Shown: positions 41,024-51,986, numbered from the stretch's first letter. The stretch is DNA of 64,000 nucleotides from Syntrophales bacterium (GCA_963665615.2 CAXXQE010000006.1:372001-436000), one strand, 5' to 3'. A program made the numbers and translations. The notes: generated from the sequence alone by a model not told the origin.

Positions 41024-41644
41024 TTATTTCAGGAGGTGTCCCAGCCTGTTCCAGCGAATGGTCGAGTTCTCGCCGTCCCAGGACAGATAAATAATAACGG
41101 CCTTGCCCTGAACGTCCTTCAGATCGACGAATCCCCAGAAGCGACTGTCGAAGCTGTAGTCGCGGTTATCCCCCATGACAAAGACGTGACCCTTCGGAAC
41201 GGTAACCGGGCCGAAATTGTCCCGCGGTTGATCCGTCGCCGGATAGATGACGCTGTCCGAGTAAACCCCGTAGGAGTCCTTGTAGGGTTGGCCGTTGAGG
41301 AAGAGCTTTTTGTTCTTCATCTCGATGGTGTCTCCCGCAACCCCGATCACCCGCTTGATGAAGTCCTTGGAGCGATCCTTCGGAAAGATGAAAACGACCA
41401 TATCCTCCCGCTTCGGCTCGCTCACCGGAATCAAGGTGTTGCGAAAGAGGGGGAGCTTGATTCCGTAAATGAATTTATTGACGAGGATATGATCTCCGAT
41501 CTGAAGCGTCGGCTTCATGGAACCGGAGGGGATCTTGAAGGCCTGAATGACGAACGTCCGGATGAAAAGGGCGATTACGACGGCGACAACAATGGCCTCA
41601 ACGTATTCCCTGGTTTTCGATTTCTGCACAACCTGTTTGCTCAT
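41024..41644 (-). CDS. lepB: Signal peptidase I
   Basis: IPSGSMKPTL, FIKRVIG, MGDNRDYSFDSRFWG. Confidence 0.95.
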   Translation of the reverse strand: MSKQVVQKSKTREYVEAIVVAVVIALFIRTFVIQAFKIPSGSMKPTLQIGDHILVNKFIYGIKLPLFRNTLIPVSEPKREDMVVFIFPKDRSKDFIKRVIGVAGDTIEMKNKKLFLNGQPYKDSYGVYSDSVIYPATDQPRDNFGPVTVPKGHVFVMGDNRDYSFDSRFWGFVDLKDVQGKAVIIYLSWDGENSTIRWNRLGHLLK

Positions 41645-41656
41645 GATTCATCCTTA

Positions 41657-42271
41657 CTAACGAAATATATGGCCGATTCGACTCCAGCGAACGGCGTGCC
41701 GGTCGGTATCCCAGGAAAAAAAGATCCCAACTGCCTTTCCCATCAGCGCCTCGACCTCAATACAGCCCCAGAAGCGACTGTCGATACTGTAATCCCGATT
41801 ATCCCCCATCACGAAGACCATGCCTGACGGCACCTTTACCGGACCAAAATTATCCCGAGGTTGAATGGCGCCGGGAATCATTAAGGGATCGATGTGGAAA
41901 CCGTTTGGATCGGAAAAAACGGCCCCGTTGAGATATAGCCGTTTGTTGCGAATCTCTATGACGTCCCCTGGCAGTCCGATCACCCGCTTGACATAATCCT
42001 TATCCGGATCCTTGGGAGAGGCAAACACGACAATATCGCTTCTAGCGGGTTTGCCAATCGGCACCAGGGTCTTCATCACAAAGGGCAGCTTGATCCCGTA
42101 ACAGAACTTGCTGACCACGATCTGGTCCCCGACCTGCAACGTCGGAAGCATCGAGCCGGAGGGAATTTTGAAGGCCTGGAAGACAAAGGCCCGCAGGACA
42201 ACCGCCAGCAGCAGGGCTGCGATCACGATCTCCAAGTATCCCCTTGCCCGGACTGCCCCGTGTCGTTTCAA
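41657..42271 (-). CDS. lepB: Signal peptidase I (tandem paralog)
   Basis: IPSGSMLPTL, YVKRVIG, MGDNRDYSIDSRFWG; TTG start. Confidence 0.9.
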   Translation of the reverse strand: MKRHGAVRARGYLEIVIAALLLAVVLRAFVFQAFKIPSGSMLPTLQVGDQIVVSKFCYGIKLPFVMKTLVPIGKPARSDIVVFASPKDPDKDYVKRVIGLPGDVIEIRNKRLYLNGAVFSDPNGFHIDPLMIPGAIQPRDNFGPVKVPSGMVFVMGDNRDYSIDSRFWGCIEVEALMGKAVGIFFSWDTDRHAVRWSRIGHIFR

Positions 42272-42293
42272 AGAGAGTCCCCCACGCGCCCCG

Positions 42294-42806
42294 TTATGAA
42301 TAAATGGACGACAGGATCATGACTACCATAACCAGTGTCAGGCTACCCTTGGCGAGAATCCCTGCAATGCCGTAAAGCATCGCCCGAGTATTCGGACGAG
42401 CAACCGGCTTGATCCGGCCTTCCCAGAAGACCGCGACAACGATCAGTCCGACAAGGCTGCCGAATAGCATGCCGATCAGCACGCCGAGGCCTTTCATCAG
42501 CGGCGTCATCAGAAAAACGCCCGCGAATCCGCCAACAACGGCGCCAACCGCGCTTTTGTGCGTCAGCGTGAACTTCCAGGCGCCAATCATCCCCATGAAA
42601 AATTCAAGTGTCTCCGCCAGAACCGACAACACGACCAATCCCAGGAGCACCTTGAGGCCGATGGTATGAAATCCGTTGACGCAGGCATACACCAGTGTCG
42701 CCACCACAATCACCACCGTCCCGGGAAAACCGAACAGCGTGGAATAGAGTCCCAGGAAAAGCACCAACATGAAGGCGGTTAATCCCACCACTTCAAATGG
42801 GGGCAA
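42294..42806 (-). CDS. DUF456-like integral membrane protein
   Basis: Multiple TM helices with PG and Gly-rich pattern; TTG start after AAGGAGAGG. Confidence 0.65.
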   Translation of the reverse strand: MPPFEVVGLTAFMLVLFLGLYSTLFGFPGTVVIVVATLVYACVNGFHTIGLKVLLGLVVLSVLAETLEFFMGMIGAWKFTLTHKSAVGAVVGGFAGVFLMTPLMKGLGVLIGMLFGSLVGLIVVAVFWEGRIKPVARPNTRAMLYGIAGILAKGSLTLVMVVMILSSIYS

Positions 42807-42816
42807 GGACCTCTCC

Positions 42817-43749
42817 TTATCTTGCGGTTGATTTTGCCTTTTTCTTCCCGGCTTCCCGGTATGTTTCCCAAACGAGCACCAGCGGACTTGCAATAAAGAC
42901 CGATGAGTAGGTTCCGAAGACTACACCGATCAGAAGCGTCACGGTAAAGTCGTGTAGCACCTCGCCGCCGAAAAAGAAGAGCGCAATCAGAACCAGCAGC
43001 ACTGTGAGAGACGTCAGGATGGTCCGGCTCAGGGTCTGATTGATACTTGCATTCATAATCTCGCCGAGACTCTTCTTGCCGCCCTTGCGGACATTCTCCC
43101 GGATCCGGTCGAAGATAACGACCGTGTCGTTGATCGAGAAACCGATGATCGTCAGAAGCGCCGCAATAACCGTCAGGGTAAACTCCCGACCCATCAGGGT
43201 GAAAACACCCACGGTCACAATAACGTCGTGAATCAATGCGATAATACCCCCGAGCGCATAACGGAATTCATAGCGCACCGTGATATAGATAAGCATCCCG
43301 ACAAATGAAAAGCACACAGCCAGCAGGCCCTTGCGGCTCAGGTCTTTGCCGGCCTTCGGACCGACCACCTCTGCCTTGCGCACATCGAAGCTGTCCTTGC
43401 CGTAAGTCGCCGTCAACGTCTGATCGATCTTTTCTGTGAATGCTTTCAGGTCGTGGTTGGTCACCTGCATGCGGACGAGAAACTCATTTTTTTCCTTGGC
43501 GCCGACCTGCTGAATCACGCTCTCTCCCAATTTAATGGCGTCGAGTGACGATCTGATCTTGTCCACCGTGGTCGGCTGCTTGAACTGAATCTGCAGCGAG
43601 GTGCCACCCGCAAAGTCGATCCCCAGATTCGGTCCGCCTCTCAGAATGAGGAACAGAATGCTGGCAATCGTTAATGTAATGGAGAAATAGAAAAACTGTC
43701 TCATCCTCCCGACGAAGTTGATATTGATGCCTGGTTTGATCAATTCCAT
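42817..43749 (-). CDS. secF: Protein translocase subunit SecF
   Basis: GIDFAGG, EVVGP, HDV, GFSINDTVVIFDRIRE. Confidence 0.97.
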   Translation of the reverse strand: MELIKPGININFVGRMRQFFYFSITLTIASILFLILRGGPNLGIDFAGGTSLQIQFKQPTTVDKIRSSLDAIKLGESVIQQVGAKEKNEFLVRMQVTNHDLKAFTEKIDQTLTATYGKDSFDVRKAEVVGPKAGKDLSRKGLLAVCFSFVGMLIYITVRYEFRYALGGIIALIHDVIVTVGVFTLMGREFTLTVIAALLTIIGFSINDTVVIFDRIRENVRKGGKKSLGEIMNASINQTLSRTILTSLTVLLVLIALFFFGGEVLHDFTVTLLIGVVFGTYSSVFIASPLVLVWETYREAGKKKAKSTAR

Positions 43750-43761
43750 GAATACGTCCCC

Positions 43762-45369
43762 TTATATGCTGATTGCCTTGATTTTCTTGTTCCAGATGAA
43801 ATAATCGAAAATGATCCTCGTGACAAAGACCGCCGTAAAGATGCTGAAGACCAATCCGATCGTCAGCGTCACGGCAAAGCCCTTCACCGGCCCTGTGCCG
43901 AATTGGAACAGAAACAAGGCCGCAATCAGGGTTGTCACATGGGTATCGAGAATCGTCAGGAAGGCGCGTCCATAGCCGGCTTCGACAGCAGCGCGCGGCG
44001 TCTTGCCCCCTCTGATCTCCTCACGGGTTCTTTCAAAGATCAGAACGTTGGCATCGACGGCCATACCGATCGTCAGCACGATACCGGCAAGACCGGGCAG
44101 CGTCAGGGTCGCTTTGAACAAGGCCAGCGTCCCGAGCGTCAGGATGACATTGAGAAACAACGCCATGTTCGCCACCAGCCCGGACCACTTGTAATAGACA
44201 ACCATGAAGAGGACAACGAAGGTAAATCCGATAAGCACGGACAGAATCCCCTTTTCGATGGAGTCCTGACCGAGCGATGGTCCGATGGTCACTTGTTCCA
44301 GAATCTTGACGGGCGCAGGCAGCGCACCAGCTCTCAGCACAATCGCCAGATCCCGTGCCTCTTCATCCGTGAATCGTCCGGTGATCTGAGCACTGCCGCC
44401 GGAAATCCGATCCTTAATGACCGGCGCCGAATAAACGGAATCATCGAGGACGATGGCCAGTTTCTTACCGATGTTGTCTCCGGTAATGCGATCGAAATCC
44501 TTCGCGCCCTGCGAATTGAGGGTAATGGAGACATGGGGCTGACCGTAACGGTCGCCGATCTGGACCTCGGCTTTCTGAATGGCGGCGCCCGTCAAGAGGG
44601 TCTTGGCCTTCAGCAGATACGGCGCCTTGACCCGCTCTGCGCCCTCGGACGCACCCGGCCCGGCAGAACCATACAGAACGACATCACCCGGGGGCACATT
44701 GCCCTTCAGGGCTTCTTCGAGGCTGTTGTCGTCATCGACAAGCTTGAACTCCAGGAGGGCCGTCCGGCCGATCAGATTCACTGCTCTGCGGGGATCTTTA
44801 ATACCGGGCAACTGGATCATGATGCGATCGTCACCCTGAGGAATGATCTCGGGTTCCGACACGCCATACTGGTCGATCCGGTTGCGGATCGTCTCGAGAC
44901 TCTGCTCGACGGCTGCCTTCTTCATATGGGCGGCAACCTTGTCTTTGATCTTCAGAACGACCTTCGTACGCTCGTCATTGACTTCCGAAGGCTTCTCCTC
45001 AAAATCCGGATAACTGTCGTGGACCAGCTTCTCGAAGGCATCGACCGATTCCTTGTTCGCCAGCTCCAGAGAGATCGTTGCATCCTTTGTCTTTTCCAGA
45101 TCCCTGAAGCGTATCTTCGCGGCAATCATGGCCTCCTTGAGGTCATTGAGCGTCCGTTCAGCAACGCCGTCCAGGGCCTTGTCCGTTTCGACCTCCAGCA
45201 CAAGATTCATCCCGCCCTGAAGATCGAGCCCCAGCTTGATCTTTTCCTTGGGTAAAAATGCCTTTAATTCCTCCGGAATTTCAGGGAGGAGGGTCGGCAA
45301 TAAAAACAGGAGGCAGACGCCGACAATGACGGCTGTGATCAAAGTTCGAAATTTGAGATCCTTAAACAT
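43762..45369 (-). CDS. secD: Protein translocase subunit SecD
   Basis: LGLDLQGG, GALPAP, GPSLG, GMAVDANVLIFER. Confidence 0.97.
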   Translation of the reverse strand: MFKDLKFRTLITAVIVGVCLLFLLPTLLPEIPEELKAFLPKEKIKLGLDLQGGMNLVLEVETDKALDGVAERTLNDLKEAMIAAKIRFRDLEKTKDATISLELANKESVDAFEKLVHDSYPDFEEKPSEVNDERTKVVLKIKDKVAAHMKKAAVEQSLETIRNRIDQYGVSEPEIIPQGDDRIMIQLPGIKDPRRAVNLIGRTALLEFKLVDDDNSLEEALKGNVPPGDVVLYGSAGPGASEGAERVKAPYLLKAKTLLTGAAIQKAEVQIGDRYGQPHVSITLNSQGAKDFDRITGDNIGKKLAIVLDDSVYSAPVIKDRISGGSAQITGRFTDEEARDLAIVLRAGALPAPVKILEQVTIGPSLGQDSIEKGILSVLIGFTFVVLFMVVYYKWSGLVANMALFLNVILTLGTLALFKATLTLPGLAGIVLTIGMAVDANVLIFERTREEIRGGKTPRAAVEAGYGRAFLTILDTHVTTLIAALFLFQFGTGPVKGFAVTLTIGLVFSIFTAVFVTRIIFDYFIWNKKIKAISI

Positions 45370-45447
45370 TAAGTGCCCCTTTCAATCTTTACGAATTCTA
45401 AAATATGACGCCAGACTGCCATCTGTTATCGCAGGCCGGCTTGACGG

Positions 45448-45765
45448 TTATTCCGGTTTTGACGATACGGCGGCAATATGACCGCGCGATACCTTGATGT
45501 TGACCTTGTCGGCAATCTCAAGGGTCGCCACGGTATCGGTTAATCCCACGACCTTGCCATACAGGCCGCCGCTGGTCACCACGGTATCGCCGTGTTTGAT
45601 ATTCGCGAGCATCTCTTTGAGCTCTTTTTGCTTCTTCTGCTGGGGACGGATCAGGAGAAAATAAAAGATCACAAAAACAATCCCCATCATGATCAGGAAG
45701 TTCCAATCACCGCCTCCCTGCTGTGCCTTACCACCCGCCTGTCCCATTGCATATGCCAAATCCAT
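45448..45765 (-). CDS. yajC: Preprotein translocase subunit YajC
   Basis: FYFLLIRPQQKK, GDTVVTSGG; lies between tgt and secD. Confidence 0.95.
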   Translation of the reverse strand: MDLAYAMGQAGGKAQQGGGDWNFLIMMGIVFVIFYFLLIRPQQKKQKELKEMLANIKHGDTVVTSGGLYGKVVGLTDTVATLEIADKVNIKVSRGHIAAVSSKPE

Positions 45766-46902
<1,137 letters not shown>

Positions 46903-46997
46903 TTATCCTCAGGGTTCAAAGGCGTTAAGGCGCTTGAAGACTCGGTTATGCCTTTTTTAAGAAACCCCATTTTTTCAGTTGTTCTTCCAGAGGACAG

Positions 46998-47127
46998 GCC
47001 GCCCCAAAAAGGTTCAGATGCAAGGCGCCGCACTTGTCCCGAGGTAGTAATCGGGGAGGACCGGGGAGCGGAGCACAATCCCCACCTGCGCGAGGACAGG
47101 CGCAGCAGGTGGGCCTTTGGGGGTGGC
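46998..47127. mobile_element. Palindromic MITE-like element between queA and tgt with a nested mini-hairpin
   Basis: GCCGCCCCAAAAAGGTTCA...TGGGCCTTTGGGGGTGGC imperfect inverted ends; 24-bp module at 47032..47055. Confidence 0.6.
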
Positions 47128-48153
47128 TTACAAGATGAGCATACAATCCCCATAGCTATAAAACCGATACCGCTCTGTCATCGCCTTTGCGTAAGCATCC
47201 CGTATGCATGTCTGACCCGCAAAAGCCGACACCAGGAGCAGCAGCGACGACTTGGGGAGATGAAAATTCGTAATGAGGCCGCCGACCCGCTTAAACCGGT
47301 ATCCCGGATAGATATAGAGCCCGGTATAGGCTGAGGCGGGCTGGATCCTGCCCCGCTCGTCGGCCGCACTTTCAATCGTCCGGGTCGAGGTCGTCCCGAC
47401 GGCGATCACACGTGACGCCGAGTTGATGGCTTCCGCAGCCTCCGCTCCGATCTCGAAGTATTCTTCATGCATGCGATGGTCTTCAACCATCTCCGTTTCA
47501 ATCGGCAGAAAGGTGCCAAGCCCCACATGCAGCGTCACGCGCACGCATGGAATGCCCGCGGCTATGAGCGAAGAGAGAATTTCGTCGGAAAAGTGAAGCC
47601 CCGCCGTCGGCGCAGCGATCGACCCGGGGGTCTTGGCATAGACCGTCTGATACCTCGCCAAATCCTCCACCCGATTCTCATCCTGTGCGCGGCGCTTGAT
47701 GTAAGGGGGAAGCGGCGGTCGGCCGTAGCGATCCAGGAAAGCTGTAAAATCGCCCTCCGTGCGGAAATGCAGCAGCCACTTCTTGTCCGTAACCCGCTCT
47801 AAGACCTCCGCCTCCGAGCCGTCCTCGAAGAAAATGGTGGTTCCGACGCGCACACGTTTCCCCGGCCTGAGAAGGGCCTCCCACTGTGCACTTCCGCGAT
47901 CGGAAAGCAACAGGATCTCCAGGAGACTGCCGGACGCCTTGCGTCCGTATAATCTCGCGGGTACTACCCGGGAATCATTGATAACAACCACATCGCCTTT
48001 TTTCAGCAGGCGTGGCAGCTCATAAAAAAATTCGTTTTTCAAATCCCCCGTGGCGCGATCCACGCGCAGCATCCGCGCGTGATCCCGCCGATCGCAAGGA
48101 TGCTGGGCAATCAGCGCCGGATCCAGATCGTAGTCAAACTCTTCCAACAACAT
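47128..48153 (-). CDS. queA: S-adenosylmethionine:tRNA ribosyltransferase-isomerase
   Basis: LIAQHP, PLPPYI, YQTVYA, APTAGLHF, TNFHLPKS, YSYGD. Confidence 0.97.
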   Translation of the reverse strand: MLLEEFDYDLDPALIAQHPCDRRDHARMLRVDRATGDLKNEFFYELPRLLKKGDVVVINDSRVVPARLYGRKASGSLLEILLLSDRGSAQWEALLRPGKRVRVGTTIFFEDGSEAEVLERVTDKKWLLHFRTEGDFTAFLDRYGRPPLPPYIKRRAQDENRVEDLARYQTVYAKTPGSIAAPTAGLHFSDEILSSLIAAGIPCVRVTLHVGLGTFLPIETEMVEDHRMHEEYFEIGAEAAEAINSASRVIAVGTTSTRTIESAADERGRIQPASAYTGLYIYPGYRFKRVGGLITNFHLPKSSLLLLVSAFAGQTCIRDAYAKAMTERYRFYSYGDCMLIL

Positions 48154-48172
48154 ACTTGTTACTCGTCACCTG

Positions 48173-49006
48173 TTACTCGTTACCCTTTTCTTTTCTCTTC
48201 GCCTCTTCCCACAGGCGGTCCATTTCTTCCAGGCTCGTGGACTCCACCGATCTGCCTTCCGCCTTCAGTCGCTCTTCCACAAAAGAGAAGCGCCGAATGA
48301 ATTTTTCATTGCAGCCTCTCAGGGCCTCTTCGGCCTGGACGCCAGCCAATCGCGACAGGTTCACGACAGAGAACAACAGGTCGCCAATCTCTTCGCGGAT
48401 CTGCACCTTTTCTCCCCGTTGCAATGCTTCCTTGAGTTCACTGATTTCCTCTTCGAGCTTGACAATGACACCAGCCGCCTCGGACCAATCGAATCCCACG
48501 CCAGCCGCCTTGCTGCCGATCTTCTGCGCCCGCATCAACGCCGGCAGTGAGCGCGCAATACTGGTGAAACGCCCTTCAGACGGTTTTTTCTGCTCAACCT
48601 CCCGTTTGATGCGCTCCCAGTTGTCCTTGACCTCGCCGACGGTTCGAACCTTCTCGCCGGCAAAGACATGCGGGTGGCGCCGGATCATTTTTTCAGCAAT
48701 CCCTGTCAGAACATCGGAAAGCGTAAACTCCTCCTTCTCCTCTGCAATGCGGACCAGAAATAGAATCTGGAAAAGCAGGTCCCCCAGCTCTTCCTGCTGA
48801 TGCGCCGGATCCTCGCGATCGATCGACTCGACGAGCTCGTAGGCCTCCTCAATGATATACCGGCACAGATCCTTTTTCTCCTGCCGGATATCCCAGGGAC
48901 AACCCTCTTGCGGATCGCGCAATCTGCGGAGGATCTCTACCAGCCGCATCAAGTTGCCGTTCGTATTATTGCCGGCATGCGCCGGTTCACATGTTACACG
49001 TTCCAT
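48173..49006 (-). CDS. mazG: Nucleoside triphosphate pyrophosphohydrolase MazG
   Basis: GCPWD, EEAYE, EELGDLL, RRHPHVF, GFDW; exact start uncertain. Confidence 0.93.
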   Translation of the reverse strand: MERVTCEPAHAGNNTNGNLMRLVEILRRLRDPQEGCPWDIRQEKKDLCRYIIEEAYELVESIDREDPAHQQEELGDLLFQILFLVRIAEEKEEFTLSDVLTGIAEKMIRRHPHVFAGEKVRTVGEVKDNWERIKREVEQKKPSEGRFTSIARSLPALMRAQKIGSKAAGVGFDWSEAAGVIVKLEEEISELKEALQRGEKVQIREEIGDLLFSVVNLSRLAGVQAEEALRGCNEKFIRRFSFVEERLKAEGRSVESTSLEEMDRLWEEAKRKEKGNE

Positions 49007-49031
49007 TGCGACTCTTTTCCCATAAAATATA

Positions 49032-49054
49032 AATCCCCGACAGAATCGGGGATT
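49032..49054 (-). terminator. Probable terminator hairpin
   Basis: AATCCCCGA-CAGAA-TCGGGGATT with a U-rich tail on the minus strand. Confidence 0.5.
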
Positions 49055-49160
49055 GCATAAAAGGTTCTTCGTATCACGTCCCGAAAAACCTCCGGTTCCT
49101 GGGACAGACGTTCAGCGGCCCCGCCAGCGGCGGCGTAACGGCGAACACAGCATGAGATGC

Positions 49161-49586
49161 TCACGCGCCAGTGACTTCTTCCGCATCCGGTTCCGCTTCC
49201 CGGGTCGAGGGCTGTTCCTTTTCCTTCAACACCGACAGGAAAATCCCGACGCCCTTTGTGACGGCCTTGATCGTCCTAAAAATCTTGAGGCCCGGCGTAT
49301 CGATACTCGGCTTCAAGACATCGACAAAACGAATCAACCCCTGAATTTTCTCCAGGGCTGCCGTCAACTCCTCAACCCGACCACGCAGCACGACTGATAT
49401 GTAACGAAGATTTTTAATAATCTCATGCAAGTCGGCGAGAATATCCGGAAGACGGCCATTCACTGTCTGCAACGTCGATTCAACGCTCTTAGCCGTTCGG
49501 ATAATCTGCATCAGTGTCAGGACAATCATCGCGGCCAACACGAGAAAAGAAAAACTGATGATGGCCAAGCTTATTTCCCAGTTCAT
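49161..49586 (-). CDS. DUF948-like membrane-anchored coiled-coil protein
   Basis: N-terminal TM followed by a heptad helix; usual neighbour of YtxH. Confidence 0.65.
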   Translation of the reverse strand: MNWEISLAIISFSFLVLAAMIVLTLMQIIRTAKSVESTLQTVNGRLPDILADLHEIIKNLRYISVVLRGRVEELTAALEKIQGLIRFVDVLKPSIDTPGLKIFRTIKAVTKGVGIFLSVLKEKEQPSTREAEPDAEEVTGA

Positions 49587-49619
49587 GCGTCATCCCCTTT
49601 GGCACGGTTCGCAGGAATG

Positions 49620-49964
49620 CTACTTTTCTTTTTCCTCTTTATAGGCATCGATCCCCGCTTCCACAGCCTTCATCAAACGCCCCTTGCCTTCTTCCAGCTT
49701 CTCTTTACCGGATGCCACCTTGCCTTGAAGCTCTTCCCGACACTCCTTGACGCTCGCCATCATGGATTCATATGCGTCCTTGCTTTTTTCAAGGCCGCGT
49801 TCGATCTCGTCCTTGGCCTTGGAGAAAAATTCTCCAGATTTCTGGGCGATCTTTTCACGCGTCTCCTTGCCGCTTTTGGGCGCAAAGAGAATCCCAAGCG
49901 CTGCACCGATTAGCCCGCCTACCAGGATACCCTTTAGAAAGCCGATGTTTTCTTCTCGAGACAT
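49620..49964 (-). CDS. YtxH domain protein
   Basis: GILVGGLIGAALGILFAPKSGKETR; GGAGG RBS before the ATG at 49964. Confidence 0.85.
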   Translation of the reverse strand: MSREENIGFLKGILVGGLIGAALGILFAPKSGKETREKIAQKSGEFFSKAKDEIERGLEKSKDAYESMMASVKECREELQGKVASGKEKLEEGKGRLMKAVEAGIDAYKEEKEK

Positions 49965-50113
49965 GTTGCACCTCCGTTTTGATTCGATCATATCAAGCTG
50001 CGGCCTTGAAGGACTATGCGCCTGCCTCATGTTCTTACGAATAAAGCCACACGGAGCGTCAAACCGCTTGACAGGGAAAATGATCGGGGCCGAAACCCGC
50101 AAAACATAAGTAT

Positions 50114-50142
50114 TTTATAAATCGGTCTATCGGGTTTGTCAA
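50114..50142 (-). promoter_or_regulatory. Candidate sigma-70 promoter for the ytxH-like operon
   Basis: TTGACA-N17-TATAAA on the minus strand. Confidence 0.55.
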
Positions 50143-50309
50143 GGTTGAAGATGGTCTCATGAAGAGAAAATATTCATGAAATCATTTAGTTGTAATGGTT
50201 TTAGCGGTCAGTGCGCGACATGTCCGGCCCCCTGAAGATTTCTGGTTTCGTTCGTTGCGAAAGACCGGCGCGTTGCCAGACAAATACCGCTATGGTGGCG
50301 GTGGAGGTC

Positions 50310-51335
50310 TTAGGGCAGACGGCCCTCGGCGCGAAGCCGGCCGATTTTCGTCAGCAATTCCGGCAGTGCGGTGGTCGCCGCCCTCTCGCCTTCAAGAATC
50401 GCTTCGTGTTTTTTGGAAAAGTCCCCCGATGCAATTCCCTTGGTGTTCGGACGGATGACCATATCCGCCTTGCTGATCTGAACACCGGCAATGATGGCGT
50501 ACATGATATCGATGGATTGAAGAATCGTGTCGATCGTGCCGGCAGGCGGCGCATCCTCCATGGGGGCTGAAATATCTACGGCAATCACAAAATCGGCACC
50601 CTGTTTCAGCGCCGCATTGACTGCCACGGGACTGACCACGCCGCCATCGACATAGAGACGGTTGGCAATCCGCGCCGGCTGAAATACCCCCGGCACCGAA
50701 CAACTCGCGCGAACCGCAGCCCCTGCATTGCCCGAACCGAAAACAACTTCCTCTCCCTTCTGGAGATCTGTCGCCACGGCAAAGAAAGGCGTTTTCAGTT
50801 TTTCAATCGGTGTATTGCGAAGCACGCGATTGACGAAGCGCTCGAGGCGTTCGCCCTTTACAAACCCGTTGTCCGGCAGGGCCAGATCCACAACGTCCCC
50901 TTTTTCGATCCCGAAAGCGAGTTGCTGAAGTTGATAGGCGTTCAGACCGTAAGCATAAAGGCTTCCAATAAAGCTTCCAACACTTGTTCCGACTACCATG
51001 TGAACGGGGATGTGATTCGCTTCGAGAACCTTAAGAACACCGATATGTGCAAAGCCTTTGGCTGCGCCCGCTCCAAGAACGACGGCCACTTTGACCGGCC
51101 GTGGCGCCGGGATCGGCTCTGAAATCTGGATTTCCTTGGGAGCACAAGCAGTAAGGGAAAGAAAAAATAGAACGACAAATAACGTTATGGCAGGAATCCG
51201 GTAGCGAGCGCATTCCCCACAGCTTGCTGCAAAACAAGCGAGCGCCCCCTGTTGTCCGTACGTCTTTCTTAAGGGTAAGGATCGGAGATTCTCCGGAAGT
51301 TGCTCCGGGGAATCTGCAATTTTTGCTCTGATCAT
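50310..51335 (-). CDS. Patatin-like phospholipase lipoprotein with a repeat-derived insertion in its signal peptide
   Basis: GAGAAKG, GTSVG, DGG motifs; lipobox LTAC; no in-frame start codon between 51335 and the hydrophobic helix. Confidence 0.85.
   Translation of the reverse strand: MIRAKIADSPEQLPENLRSLPLRKTYGQQGALACFAASCGECARYRIPAITLFVVLFFLSLTACAPKEIQISEPIPAPRPVKVAVVLGAGAAKGFAHIGVLKVLEANHIPVHMVVGTSVGSFIGSLYAYGLNAYQLQQLAFGIEKGDVVDLALPDNGFVKGERLERFVNRVLRNTPIEKLKTPFFAVATDLQKGEEVVFGSGNAGAAVRASCSVPGVFQPARIANRLYVDGGVVSPVAVNAALKQGADFVIAVDISAPMEDAPPAGTIDTILQSIDIMYAIIAGVQISKADMVIRPNTKGIASGDFSKKHEAILEGERAATTALPELLTKIGRLRAEGRLP
51195..51319 (-). repeat. Family F repeat inserted in-frame in the patatin gene
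   Basis: AATCCGGTAGCGAGCGCATTCCCCACAGCTTGCTGC...GATCGGAGATTCTCCGGAAGTTGCTCCGGGGAATCTGCAA. Confidence 0.85.
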
Positions 51336-51340
51336 CAGCG

Positions 51341-51459
51341 TTGAATTCTTCAGCGAGCGCATTTCCCGTGGCGTGCCGCGGGGTAAGCGAGCGAATCAGG
51401 ACTAAACATCTTCCTAGGGAATCGGAGATTCGCCGGAGCTTGATCCGGTGAGTCTTCAA
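51341..51459 (-). repeat. Family F repeat
   Basis: Near reverse complement of 13904..14022. Confidence 0.9.
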
Positions 51460-51471
51460 CGGCATGCCAAA

Positions 51472-51510
51472 AAACAACCGAGCATCCTAGCGAAGGATGC
51501 TCGGTTGTTT
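51472..51510 (-). terminator. Intrinsic terminator of the Pro/Ala-rich lipoprotein gene
   Basis: AAACAACCGAGCATCCT / AGGATGCTCGGTTGTTT stem with a U-tract. Confidence 0.85.
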
Positions 51511-51537
51511 ATGACGTCATGATTTCTTACAGTGTTC

Positions 51538-51741
51538 TTACTTAGCCGGAGCTGCAGGAGCCTCAGGGGCCGGAGCCGGAGCTGCAGGAGCTTCAGGGGC
51601 CGGGGCCGGAGCCGGGGCCGGAGCCGGGGCCGGAGCCGCTTCAGGGGCCGGAGCCGGAGCTTCCTTTTTGCATCCCACCACTGCGAACGTGAACGCCACT
51701 ACGAGCACCAGGGAAAGAACCAAAGCCAATACCTTCTTCAT
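51538..51741 (-). CDS. Small Pro/Ala-rich lipoprotein
   Basis: AAGGAGGTG RBS, signal peptide with VVGC lipobox, (AP)n repeats, own promoter and terminator. Confidence 0.85.
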   Translation of the reverse strand: MKKVLALVLSLVLVVAFTFAVVGCKKEAPAPAPEAAPAPAPAPAPAPAPEAPAAPAPAPEAPAAPAK

Positions 51742-51785
51742 TTCGAACTCACCTCCTTTTTAGAAATGCGTGCTAAATTGAGGCG

Positions 51786-51814
51786 AAACTAAAATATATT
51801 TATACGCTTGTCAA
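51786..51814 (-). promoter_or_regulatory. Candidate sigma-70 promoter
   Basis: TTGACA-N17-TAGTTT on the minus strand. Confidence 0.55.
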
Positions 51815-51986
51815 GAACTATTTTTCTGTTTTTTCGCTACAAGTATCTAACAACTATTGGAAAAACCGCAAAATTTTTAGATCGTAAAGCCGATCGGACA
51901 GACACCACCGGAAACGCTTCATACCTGTTTTCTGGCGGTACAGTATTTCATGAATAGATTTGAAATGAATCGGAAATACTGATATG

